Shown here: in pieces, positions 1 through 10,834 of the stretch
How the letters are laid out: each line of letters opens with the position of its first letter
Position numbering within the stretch: position 1 is the stretch's first letter
Assembly (NCBI RefSeq): GCF_006345805.1
Contig: NC_043003.1
Location: 44,516,001-44,580,000 of the forward strand
Source of the DNA: Octopus sinensis
Taxonomy: Eukaryota
Reading direction: 5' to 3'
Length of the DNA: 64,000 nt
Made by a program: the position numbers and the translations under genes
Notes under the pieces: generated by a model
Databases searched by the model: none
What the model saw: only the letters and a program-made list of their open reading frames with translations
Told to the model about the DNA's origin: nothing

Positions 1-770
1 GCTGCAGCAATTTCCCAAAGCATCAAGTGTCGAAAATGAATTTCTTATCTTCCACTTTAAAGGGTTACAGAATTAACACAGTTTATAAGAACATAAATCT
101 TCTTCCACAAAAAGAAAGCTTAAATTGTGCTCTAAATGGAGGTGTAGTAAAATCCTATTTTATGAACTCAAACATGTTCTAAACTAAGTCGAAAGGTAAG
201 CTACTACAAATCGCCACGAACTTTCTGGATAACCCAATATATCGTAATACACTATTATCTGTTAATAGTAAGTGATTATGCTGGATGTACACAATTTCCC
301 GTCAGTCTACTCTCCTTCAGAAATTCGCAAAAAATTTGATTTTTTTTTTCAACTGTCGTGTCTTACCTCTTGTACTACAAACAATCTTGAGAATGTCATC
401 TTTCTTATTTTAAGCAATGAATATTCCCCCCAGTAACTACCTAATTTTGATTGTCAACCCATCATTAGCATCATAGCTTGGCACTGTCTAGAATACCAAC
501 AGATTTAATGCAGTTTGCGATGAATATGGTAGTTATAATTATTCCAATCACCATATTGAGTATCGTACTCAACGCAACAATTCGGCATTTAAAATTCAGG
601 ATGATTTTCGTTCACTAATGGTTATTAGTAAACATATATGCACTACACTTTTACTTTGAAACCATGAATACTCGTAAAATACATATAATACAACATATAG
701 AAACTGAAACTCATAATCTCTTTGGAACACGAAAGCAATATCATATTATTTCAAAACATTAAATCTTTCA
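1..770 (+). pseudogene. Probable decayed 7TM tail of a class C (GABA-B-like) GPCR paralog, continuing off the left edge
   Basis: Mixed-frame translation gives these motifs in the right order: SK*LCWMYTI (cf. GABBR1 TKIWWVHTV, TM3 end), IISIIAWHCLE (TM4), CSLR*IW (cf. CSSRKMNTW), ILSIVLNATIRHLK-IQDDFRSLMVI (cf. LGIFLAYETKSV...INDHRAVGMAI, TM5-TM6) and HIISK (cf. LFVPK). Each match is weak; their order is the support. Confidence 0.42.
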
Positions 771-1740
771 TTGACGAGTAACCTGACACTTCAATTATAT
801 TATTGTATTTAGTCAAGCTTGTCAAGTAAGTAAATACCCACTAAATAAGTTGGTGACAGACAGAATCATTCAGTTGGGCAAATATATTTCAAACTTAATT
901 TAGTTACAAAGCGCAACGCCACGTCATTGGATGAAAATATTTATCGATATTCAGACAAAATTTAACAAAATTGTAAAGGCTTAAGTATTGGATTACATCA
1001 TATGTATTTCCTTCTTTTTGTATTCAGGTGTAATGTGTTTTTATATATTAAATCTTTTATCAACCGTATTTCTAAGTGGAGAAGAAGGCTATGTCAGGAT
1101 CTGGTAGTGTTTTTATTGAGTTAAATTCCTGCCAATAGAATTAAAGTATTTTACAGCAATTTGCGTTTATATCGATGAATTTATTGTTATTTTCAATGTT
1201 ATTTATGCGAAAATTTAAGGTATCGGTGAAAATGGTCACTATATTGCTACAACGTATTATTTCCGATATTTTCTCTCGCTCTATATGTCATTAATTTTAT
1301 GTGTGTCACTTTATATAAAAGCTATCAAGTATTTGGTTAATATAATCTCTGAGAGACTTGTAAAATCTGAGAATGGAAATGCAATACAAACTACCAATTA
1401 AACATATAAATGGAACCGCATCACATGTCATCAGTACTTCATCTCTGTGAAATTCTAATGAATATTACAATGACAGTAACAATCTGCATTCATTTCAAAT
1501 CCATTCGACGAGAAATAATTTGAATCAATTTTGTTGAGTTACCAATATAATAGCATAGTATCGCTAGTATCACTATGACAACGCTGTCAAACGACATATT
1601 TTGATTGTCCAGTAAGTACGTCAATTCCATTTGATCATTATTTGGATCACGTATGCTAATCAACTGAATTTCGTTTTGGAAACTCTTTCTTTATGTACTA
1701 CGGAGTTCAGTCTCATTACTACACATACACAGCTATAACT

Positions 1741-1935
1741 ATGGATCTTAAAACAATGTAAATTACTTTTCTTCTGTTAGTGGTTTTAGTCAGTGTGATT
1801 TGGTAATACAGGGGTAATGGCATCTGAGTGTTAGAAGGTACTATCAATATTAGCACTTTCATTGCTAATACTTATCTTATCGTCCCCATTTATGGAATTT
1901 TGAACCCAACGTGGATAATTAAAAGGGACACATCA
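1741..1935 (+). pseudogene. Decayed signal-peptide/N-terminal segment, probably belonging to the downstream GPCR pseudogene
   Basis: One frame from ATG 1741 reads MDLKTM*ITFLLLVVLVSVIW*YRGNGI*VLEGTINISTFIANTYLIVPIYGILNPTW. It has a hydrophobic signal-like core and IYGILNP resembling the first flytrap strand VYIGALFP. Three in-frame stops. Confidence 0.4.
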
Positions 1936-1960
1936 AGACACAATTCCACGTTGGTGACGG

Positions 1961-1962
<2 letters not shown>

Positions 1963-1992
<30 letters not shown>

Positions 1993-2068
1993 CCATTTCC
2001 TGAGCGCCTATTAATAATAATACTGTAATTGTTCCATTGTTGTTGTTTTTTTGTTTCCCGTTTGGATT

Positions 2069-2116
<48 letters not shown>
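1963..2116. repeat. (TA)n microsatellites
   Basis: Two (TA)n runs visible at ~1963-1991 and ~2073-2116. Confidence 0.95.
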
Positions 2117-2118
<2 letters not shown>

Positions 2119-2399
2119 TGAGAGAGATGGAGAGACGAGAGCGAGAGAATATGGGGTTTAGTTCACTTGTAATCTAAACAAATAGGTATGCTGTGTAAGT
2201 AGTATAGTTGGCTGATAAACGTCAGGTTCCAACATCACGTCTAAGGCTGGATCTTGGGATCCTTGTTAGGCTTCTGTTTTAGCAGGTATATATTACATTT
2301 GAGGAAAAAATTCAAAACTAATGCAGAACGAATATCTCAAGAAATTTAGAATACTTTAATTTGAAGTGTCACAATAGTTTCTGGGATAACACCAATGGT

Positions 2400-3240
2400 A
2401 CGAGAAAAGCCATCGCCAAGAAGACTTATTGAACTAATTCATGATTGACGCCATGTGATGCCCTTATATGACTTTTAAGCCTGGCCAAGCTTTTACACAT
2501 TGGAGGAGAAACAGGTGCCGCCATATACATTGTCTTAACATGTCTTTTTAGACCTTCATCATTTTACATACGCTCTGTTATGAATTTTAATAGCCATATC
2601 ATTGTTTATCATGGGTCGATTTCTATGAGAATTGTGATGGTTCACCAGGCCCGCACGACTCAGACACCTCTGCCCTCAAACCACGCATATAAAAAATAAC
2701 AATCTCACTTTCTACAGTTTCCCCTTTCTAAGCCTAGTTCTCTCATATTTCACTCCCTCTCTAACCTTGAACAACCATCATGCACTATCTTCCTCCGTCC
2801 ATCGAGATCTTGTGCCACCCTCTCCCAATTACCAGCTGTAATTCCTGTCTGTATTAGAGCATATGTAAGGCAACCAAACTTTAGTTTAGGTATATACGCT
2901 TGTCACCTGCCATCTTCCAGTTCACCATACAATAACTGCTTGTGTATTCACTCAACTCTCATCCTTACCAAATATCTCCCCCACCTCAAAAGTATTTGCA
3001 AAATCCTTGACTCTATGCTTCTATTGCCACTCCTCTCAAGCACTTCCACATTAATAATGGCCATTTTCCAGTTTAAACACGCAAATTTTTTCTCAGACAG
3101 TACTGATGAAATCGTTCCAATTGCCTTACCTGTCTGCGGTAAGCAACCTCAGAATCGCAAACGATATTTTGAACATGTCTAAAAATACATAGTGTTAGTC
3201 AAATACTTTCTGTCCAGCACATATCCATGCAGATGTCACC
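2400..3240 (-). mobile_element. RTE-clade LINE 3' remnant (RT C-terminal region plus terminal Zn-finger-like motif)
   Basis: Minus strand reads CLRKNLRV...INVEVLERSGNRSIESRILQILLRWGRYLVRM...HKQLLYGELEDGR...PKLKF...NWERVAQDLDGRRKIVHDG, then MCKSLARLKSHIR. This matches the RTE/BovB-type C-terminus. Stops and frameshifts present. Confidence 0.85.
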
Positions 3241-3309
3241 CTTATTTCGTTACTTTTCTACAAGCTGTATGATCTAATTTAGTTTTGATTAAACAGTGAG
3301 ATTTACTGC

Positions 3310-5880
3310 AACCAAATGCCATTCGGATACTAAATAATTTGTCTGCTTTTCAGGCATGGTGTACTTTGGGGAGTAAACTTCAAAGAGGAAATTTTGCGAG
3401 GCTTAATTTTGTAATCCAAATGATGTTTACTATTACTTCTAGGCACCGCCAACATCTGCTATATAGATATCTAACACCTTTTAGTTAACCAAATATCATA
3501 TGTAACTTACATTCTTATTTTTTGTAGTCTTATACACCTTATATATAAGAGAATATCGCTAAAGATTTCACATATATGTGTTTGGGGATTTTAGTAAATT
3601 CTCAATTGCTAACATGTTCCTAATAAAACTCATCTTTCGAGATAAAATATTCTCTAATATGCAATATCTAGCAGAAATCTCTTTTGCATACATGGAATAC
3701 AATTTTACCAGAACAACGTTTCCTAAACATATTGCACTTATTTTCGTAACAGCAGATAGTCGTGGACAGGATTAAGTTGTATAGTATAATTAGCGAAACC
3801 GTAACAGTGCCTTAAATGCCGTCAGAAAAATTACAAGTAATGAATTTTTGTAATCCATTGGGTTACAACATTGTAATTATTACAGCAAATATAGGAATTG
3901 TTACCACTAGCAGCTACATGCTTGAACGTCGAATATTTCAGTAGCGAAGACGTCAATGCATTTGAAAAACTAAAGATGGTAAAATCTCGAAGAACACGTA
4001 TACTCTTTGACGTCACAATACATAATTCTTAGTACTACTGTGATAAGTGAACACTAATTTCTACAATAATATATTTTTTCTCTTTATTTGTTTTAGTCTG
4101 TTTCTAGTGGTTGATGTCCAATTTTCATTAGGCCGATCATTTTCTTTACAATTTCTTTACTTTCGATTTTTTGCGACTTGTTTGGCATGGAGAAGATGCT
4201 TGTAAACACTCACAGTGATACGGAAACGGTGAGTGGAGAGGATTAACAACTTCAGATTTACGGCAACGGGAAAATATGGACTAAAATCCAGTGACTGACG
4301 TTCCGGGAGTGTGACTGAATAATTCATCTGTGCAGATCCTGGAGAGAAGTAGATTATGAGTGTGGTCAAAATATCGGGAGTATAGTTGTTATATTTACAC
4401 TCATGTCTACTAAGAACTGTCTAAAACGGTTATTCCCTCAGTTTATAATTATGAAAAATAGTTTTCTTTCGTAGGTAGCTGTATGAATCTAGATTTAGCA
4501 ATGGTTTGCTGAATAAGTTCCCAGTAGATACCTATATTCGGCTTATTGGACTTTTAATTCTTCCAACCATAGCTTCTATCAGGAAGGGAAATACAGTTTT
4601 AGAAACACACATGTTCAGCAATTCTGGCATCAATATTTCTTTTATTGGTAATGCTTTCTGCGTGTCTGCATTCTGAAACTTAGGATTCCCAACGTCTTTT
4701 TGTATAAGACCCTCTAAAAACGGATATTATATTAAGGATGGAATTCTTGTTTTGTACCAATTCATGTATCGAGTAGCCTTTGATAATCTTGTGCATGTTC
4801 ATTATCAACCAAATCTCTGATGTCATATGCCTACTGAATTCTGAAAAGTGATCTCAATGTCACTAGTAGCAGGTTAAAATATAGTATAATTTGAATTATT
4901 CTCCACACTGAACTTTAGAGTGTACTGGATCATATTGATACGCTGGATACCTGTTATTTACGAATGTACTTTTTATATGCACATAAAATTTGACACATTT
5001 TTCTTTATCCACTGCTATAGATACATGATCATTCTTTCCTGAGTGGACGGTTTGGCGCATACCATAAGATGTCGGTACCGATTCAATTTTTATACCTTCT
5101 AATTCGAACAACTGCTCTTGCCCTTATCCCCAAGGCAACGACACAGTCATTCATTTGGACATCAAATTCATAGACGTGTACTCGCCGAACTTTATATGCT
5201 TCTGAGTACTAGAAGTGGATAGGCTGGGAAACGTCATGAGCAGTTTTCGGCACCATATATATAGAAATAAATATTTTGTGTATTCACGAACATTGTCAAT
5301 AATTTACTTACGTCCTTATGGATTAAATTATGCTTAGTAATCTGTAATTTCGGGATATCCAGTGACTGTAATCTTGGTATTATGAAGGAACAACTGAAGG
5401 GCGTATTTCCATCCCTCCAAATTTTTCCATACTTTGTTGAATTGAGATTGCTGCTAAGAAATATCATCTGCTTAGGAATGTTGGAGGCTTTAAATTATAG
5501 ACAATAATCAGTGTAAATGCACAGTCCTTATGATAATATATCAGTGACATGGTAGCTGGCACCTGATTTCCATATTGACGCTAAAATCGAGATTGGCATA
5601 CTCGATTTCAGGTATTTTCCAGGGATGTGGATGTGGAGTTTGTGAGTTATAATTCAACGGTTTCTTTAATCTCTTGAATCGTGTCAATTATTACGGGAAT
5701 GATTCTTGAATATTTTAACATTCATTAAGTACCTCTAACAACGGACATATCGATGTCAGCACCACTGTTGTAACTTATTACATTGATGCATAGACTTGAT
5801 ATTGCAATGTACATTGAAAGTACTTGTCTGTGATTTATAAGTTAAGCTGTTATAAGATGTGCTACTTTCCATAACTTTTT
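3310..5880 (+). pseudogene. Intron-poor GABA-B-like class C GPCR pseudogene (ANF/Venus-flytrap domain plus 7tm_3)
   Basis: Collinear motifs versus remembered GABBR1: CLLFRHGVLWGVNFKEEILRGLIL (3340-3411; [24 protein letters not shown]); IKLIF..SNMQYLAE and RTTFP (IKIIL..SSVSTLVAE, RQRFP); RIKLY 3768 (RVKLF); EKLKMVKSRRTRILF (KNLKRQDARIIV); ETVSG-LTTSDLRQR; YSAYW 4535 (YDAIW); INISFIG (NSSSFEG); NGYYIKDG 4719 (GGSYKKIG); PQGNDT 5128 (PPADQT); FICF*VL..LGNVM (FISVSVLSSLGIVL, TM1); FPYFVELRLLL 5424 (FPFVCQARLWL, TM3); TW*LAPDFH 5547 (IWQIVDPLH); RDVDVEF (EDIDVSI); IITGMILEY 5687 (LLGIFLAY, TM5); CYFP* 5860 (LFVPK). Many stops and frameshifts. Confidence 0.72.
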
Positions 5881-6358
5881 GTATTGCTTCTTTTGAAGAA
5901 GTATGTGTTGCGATTCGTCGTAGCATTTTCTGTGGTGAGGTGAACCCATATATTTAAATTATATTGAACACTATATTTTTTGTTCTCCCGTCACATTTCA
6001 TGGTAGCTAATGTCAAAACTACTAATATAATACGTTTTACATTTACTATAAAAATACATTGAATATATACGTTTGTATAATATCTTAAGATATTATAGTA
6101 GAAGAATAAATTTTCTCAATGCTTATAATAATTATTTGTACTTTTGCTGCCCCTGTGTTTCGATTTCAGAAAGTACATGGAGATTTTTCTCACTAATTCC
6201 AGTTTTCTCCAAATGAATGTTTGCACACGCCCAGAGAACCGCACACACACGCACCAGCACCAGCACCATAAACAACAACAATAGCAACACATACATACAT
6301 ACACAAAATGTTATATATGTATATATAAATAAAAATGATAACATATATATTATTATAT

Positions 6359-6389
<31 letters not shown>

Positions 6390-6390
6390 A

Positions 6391-7223
6391 GATTGTTCTG
6401 TTTATCAAGTTAGCCTTGATATTAACTCTCACGCGACTCTGCATCTTTCTTTCTTTCTCTCCCATTCCCTTTTTTCGTCTTTTTTTCCCTCACTTAACTT
6501 GTCTCTTCCTCTCTCTCTCATTCTCTTCATTCTCTCTCCCTTTCACCATTCTTCATGGTCTCCTCGCACCATTCCCCTTCTTCTCTCTCTTCCTCTTGCT
6601 CCTCCTCCCCCATTCCCGTCGTCCATCTGCGACGATACTTCCGTCGTAACTGCTATCCTGTCTTTTCTCGCCCGCCTCCTAAGGCTACTGGTCGACACAT
6701 TTTCTCTCTCTCGTCGTCCACGATAATCCAGCGTTTGCAATACTTTTTTTCGTCTGGCGTTAACAGCCCTTCTTATCTTGTTCTCCTTGTCCTGTCTCTC
6801 ACTGTTATTTATTTATTATTTTTCCATTGTTTTATATATATTTTTTACTGTTTATATGTTTGTACTGTCGTTTACCGTCCTGCTTTTTTTACCCCTCTGC
6901 GAAAGGATCTCAGAATTTTAATTGATTTGCTTTTCCGCGGGAAGGAAGTTTTCTTCGAAGTATACGTCTCGCTTTTATCCTTCGAAACGTTTAGTAGATG
7001 AAACTTAGCGACTGAAGAGGGGATTTTTCGTTGTGCTTACTGTCCTGTATCTCTCTTCTTTTTGCTTGTCTTGTTCCTTGGTTTGTGTCTATGTGTTTCG
7101 TCTCTCTATGTGTTCGACGTCTTTTTGGTGTCCTGTACACATATATGCGTGTATATGTACATGTAGAGGTAGGTACGTACATATATGTTTTATATATGCA
7201 TATGTTCTATTTTATTAACATAT
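6391..7223. repeat. Tandem duplication unit, copy 1 (~830 bp, CT-rich and CpG-rich)
   Basis: Starts gattgttctgtttatcaagttagcc at 6391 and ends tattttattaacatat at ~7223. Repeated at 7257. Confidence 0.95.
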
Positions 7224-7256
7224 TATACGACTAAACGCACGCACCCTATTAAGTAA

Positions 7257-8096
7257 GATTGTTCTGTTTATCAAGTTAGCCTTGATATTAACTCTCACGC
7301 GACTCTGCATCTCTCTTCTTTCTCCTCTCTCCCATTCTCTTTTTTTTTCGTCTTTTTTTCCCTCACTTAACTTGTCTCTTCCTCTCTCTCTCTCATTCTT
7401 CATTCTCTCTCTCTCCCTTTCACACATTCTTCATGGTCTCCTCGCACCATTCCCCTTCTCTCTCTTCCTCTTGCTCCTCCTCCCCCATTCCCGTCGTCCA
7501 TCTGCGACGATACTTCCGTCGTAACTGCTATCCTGTCTTTTCTCGCCCGCCTCCTAAGGCTACTGGTCGACACATTTTCTCTCTCTCGTCGTCCACGATA
7601 ATCCAGCGTTTGCAATACTTTTTTCGTCTGGCGTTAACAGCCTTCTTATCTTGTTCTCCTTGTCCTGTCTCTCACTGTATATTTTTTTATTTTTTCCACT
7701 GTTTATATATATATTTTTTACTGTTTATAATGTTTGTACTGTCGTTACCGTCTTGCTTTTTTTACCCCTCTGCGAAAGGATCTCTAATTTTAATTGATTT
7801 GCTTTTCGCGGGAAGGAAGTTTTCTTCGAAGTATACGTCTCGCTTTTATCCTTCGAAACGTTTAGTAGATGAAACCTTAGCGACTGAAGAAGGGGATTTT
7901 TCGTTGTGCTTACTGTCCTGTATCTCTCTTTTTTTGCTTGTCTTGTTCCTTGGTTTGTGTCTATGTGTTTCGTCTCTCTATGTTTCGACGTCTTTTTGGT
8001 GTCCTGTACACATATATGCGTGTATATGTACATGTAGAGGTAGGTACGTACATATATGTTTATATATATGCATATGTTTCTATTTTATTAACATAT
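7257..8096. repeat. Tandem duplication unit, copy 2
   Basis: Same start and end strings as copy 1, after a 33-bp spacer (7224-7256). Differs by scattered 1-bp indels and substitutions. Confidence 0.95.
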
Positions 8097-9039
8097 ATAT
8101 ATATTATAGATATATATATATATATATTATACACACACACAGATATATGTATATGTTTATGTGAGTTCGTTAGGGTTTTCGTTGTGAGTGGGTTCGTGTT
8201 TGTGTACGTGTATCCATATGGGCTCCAACATATATAAATACATGACTCATTAATGTTGCTTATCATTTTATCTGTTGTAAACGTATTCCCATTTCGACGG
8301 GAGATTTTGTACTTTAATGATGATTGATTTACCACATTTGTTAAGATGCCAGGGAGGAACGGTTACGTATCAGGCATTACTATCATTTGCTACGGAAGCG
8401 ACTGACATTGATGACTTCCTTCTTGAAAATGCTTCTCCTGCTTAAATGTGTTCTACTACCGTTTCCTCTCAAAATACACATACGATGTGTATTATATTTA
8501 TCGTATATTATGCCATATTTATAGGGATATTCTGGGTGTAACACATTTCAATCCAATAACATACATTTGCAAGCAATAATTTTTCTTTTTTGTCGACGAA
8601 TTATTTTATCGTTTTCTTTTTTACTTCCGATCTTTATATGTGATTTTGAAATGTACTCCATCAATTACTATTTTGATTCGTTACTTAATAATGTTCAGTT
8701 TCCAAACAAAACTGCTTCCAAACAAAAAATTATTCTCCATAAATACCCGCTCATGCATTTCAAAATTATATAACATAATTAGCGTTCACATAATTTTGGT
8801 ATGGAATGCTTACAGTTTTTCAGGACAAAATAATGTATAATAACTGAATCTGTCCATGTTAGACCAATGATTTTATGAAAATATACGGATTTCTGACGAG
8901 TTCAAATGCTTTGGATATGTCCACGAAACACTCACATTTAACTGATTTGAAGTACAATTAAAAGAGAGGAATATGTAGGCAAACTTAAAATAATTCTACT
9001 TCTCATTGCGTTACTTCGCTCGTCGGTAACGCTTTCAGG

Positions 9040-9450
9040 TGATTGCAGAAGAAGAGGAGAAAGAAAAGTTGAGAGAAAAAGGAGGGAGAAAAAGAGGGTC
9101 AGAGTATCATCCATGACGTGAGGTGGAGGGAACGTACTTGTAACACTTTCACGTGATTAGTTAAAGGAAAAGAGGGGGGAAACAAGAAGGAAAGAGAAAA
9201 CGAGGATAAGACGAAGAGTTAGACAGAAAGAGGGTGAAAGGGAAAGAGAGAAGCGTCCATGACGTTAAGTAGGAGGAACATAATATTTATTACGAGGTTA
9301 CAAAATTTAGTTGAAGGTAGAAATGAGTGTTAAAAATATAATTTTAGCTAGAGGGGTAATTTTCTACTGGTGAGGTTAAAGAAGACAAAGAGAAAGGAGA
9401 GTGAGGAGGAAAAATTGAGAGAGGAGGGAGAGAGGGTGCAGAGAGAGAGT
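9040..9450. promoter_or_regulatory. Purine-rich tract with two CCATGACGT (ATF/CRE-like) motifs and TCACGTGA (E-box)
   Basis: tccatgacgtgaggtggagggaac at 9110-9133, tccatgacgttaagtaggaggaac at 9256-9279 and tcacgtga at 9149-9156. Function is inferred only. Confidence 0.3.
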
Positions 9451-10199
9451 GAAGGATGATGATGAAGGTAGTGGTGGTGGTGGTAGTGGTAGTGTTGGTG
9501 GTATTGGTGGTGGTATTGGAGGTGTAGTAGATTTTGGTGGTGGCGTTGGTGACTGGATACTGAAAAGTGTATGTTTTATAACTGATCTAAACTTTTTATA
9601 GTAACTATCTCTTCATGCATGCACATAAGTGCAATTCTGTGAACTATTCAAGCTTGTTTAGGTTACATTATACAATGTAACGAAAAGCTGTTTCATATGT
9701 ACAGGCAGTTTTGTTTTGCAGAAAGAATGGAAAAATAAGAGTAAACATTTATTTTATCAGCAGTGTTTATTAAGTCTATAAAATTGTGCATAACGTATAT
9801 AAAGTGTACACATAAAATGCATTAAATAATTATCGTATTCCAATTTCTTTCAATTTTCAATGAGTAGCAGATGAGCGACTATCGTTCCATACAGACAGAA
9901 TACAGGTTACGCCTTCAGATTTTTTGGATAGAGTTTTCAGAAATATACCCAATAGGTTTACCATTAATTCCCTGAAATATTTACGGGTCGCGCTAATATC
10001 TCATAAAAATATTGTGGTTCATATTTATTTGGTACGTGGTGTTATAACACATTTAGTATTAGATTACATAATAACGCCCAGCAAATTCCTCGTAGCAGTG
10101 TAAACTTGAGTGCCCATTGATGTTATCAAATTTATGAATATCCGAAATGCTAGCGCCTATCATGCGTGCCTAAGTTAAATGACCCCATGTATCAATAAT

Positions 10200-10520
10200 T
10201 CTCACTTTATGCTCTATCATCTCATTAATTAGAATTGGTCAATTGTTCCACAGTATTAGTAGAAGAGATAAATTATGGATATCAGTCAAATTCTAAAATT
10301 TGGATGGCCTGCACACATAATAGATAAAGAACGCCGAATTAAAAGCAGCCAGGTTTTCACAGTGTTATATCAGTTAGATTCAGAATGAATAACTTTGATC
10401 AAAGCTGCTTTCAGAATAACAAATGCAAAATTAGGTATCCTTTATAGTTTCAAAACATCAGTCTACTCAAATGTATACTGTACTCCATATATTGCTTAAA
10501 ATGGATTTCACGACCTAACG
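10200..10520 (+). mobile_element. CR1/L2-type LINE RT C-terminal remnant
   Basis: GWPAHIIDK (cf. LSWSxHIDK) and LIKAAFRITNAKLGILYSFK...VYCTP (cf. LIKRTF...LYKSLVRPxLEY). Highly decayed. Confidence 0.4.
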
Positions 10521-10834
10521 ATTATCTGGTAGCATATAACAATATTTTATTTAGTTGTTTCCCTTGCGACAGATAAAAACCAATGAAAAGGATTTGAGTG
10601 TAAAATCTTTACATATGTTGCGAAATTATATTTATGCATTTTAATTCTGAGGTGTAGTAGAAGGCATTTACAAAAACTGTAAAGAATTATCGTAATATAC
10701 TATATTGAAACGATTTTAATCGACATTTTCTTAGAGATATCTTAACCTTCTTATGAAGATATTTACTTGCTTAAGAGATAATGAGAAGTGACACAATATG
10801 CTTACTATCATAATTCAATTATATCATCATCATC

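Noticed and set aside
4896-5467. Protein-looking minus-strand ORFs 4896-5111 and 5234-5467
   Set aside because: They are antisense shadows of the + strand GPCR pseudogene and carry no family motif of their own.
7433-8164. Longest ORF in the track (243 aa) and its 148-aa twin at 6555-7001
   Set aside because: Low-complexity CT/TA-derived translation; the two copies shift frame relative to each other, so the frame is not conserved.
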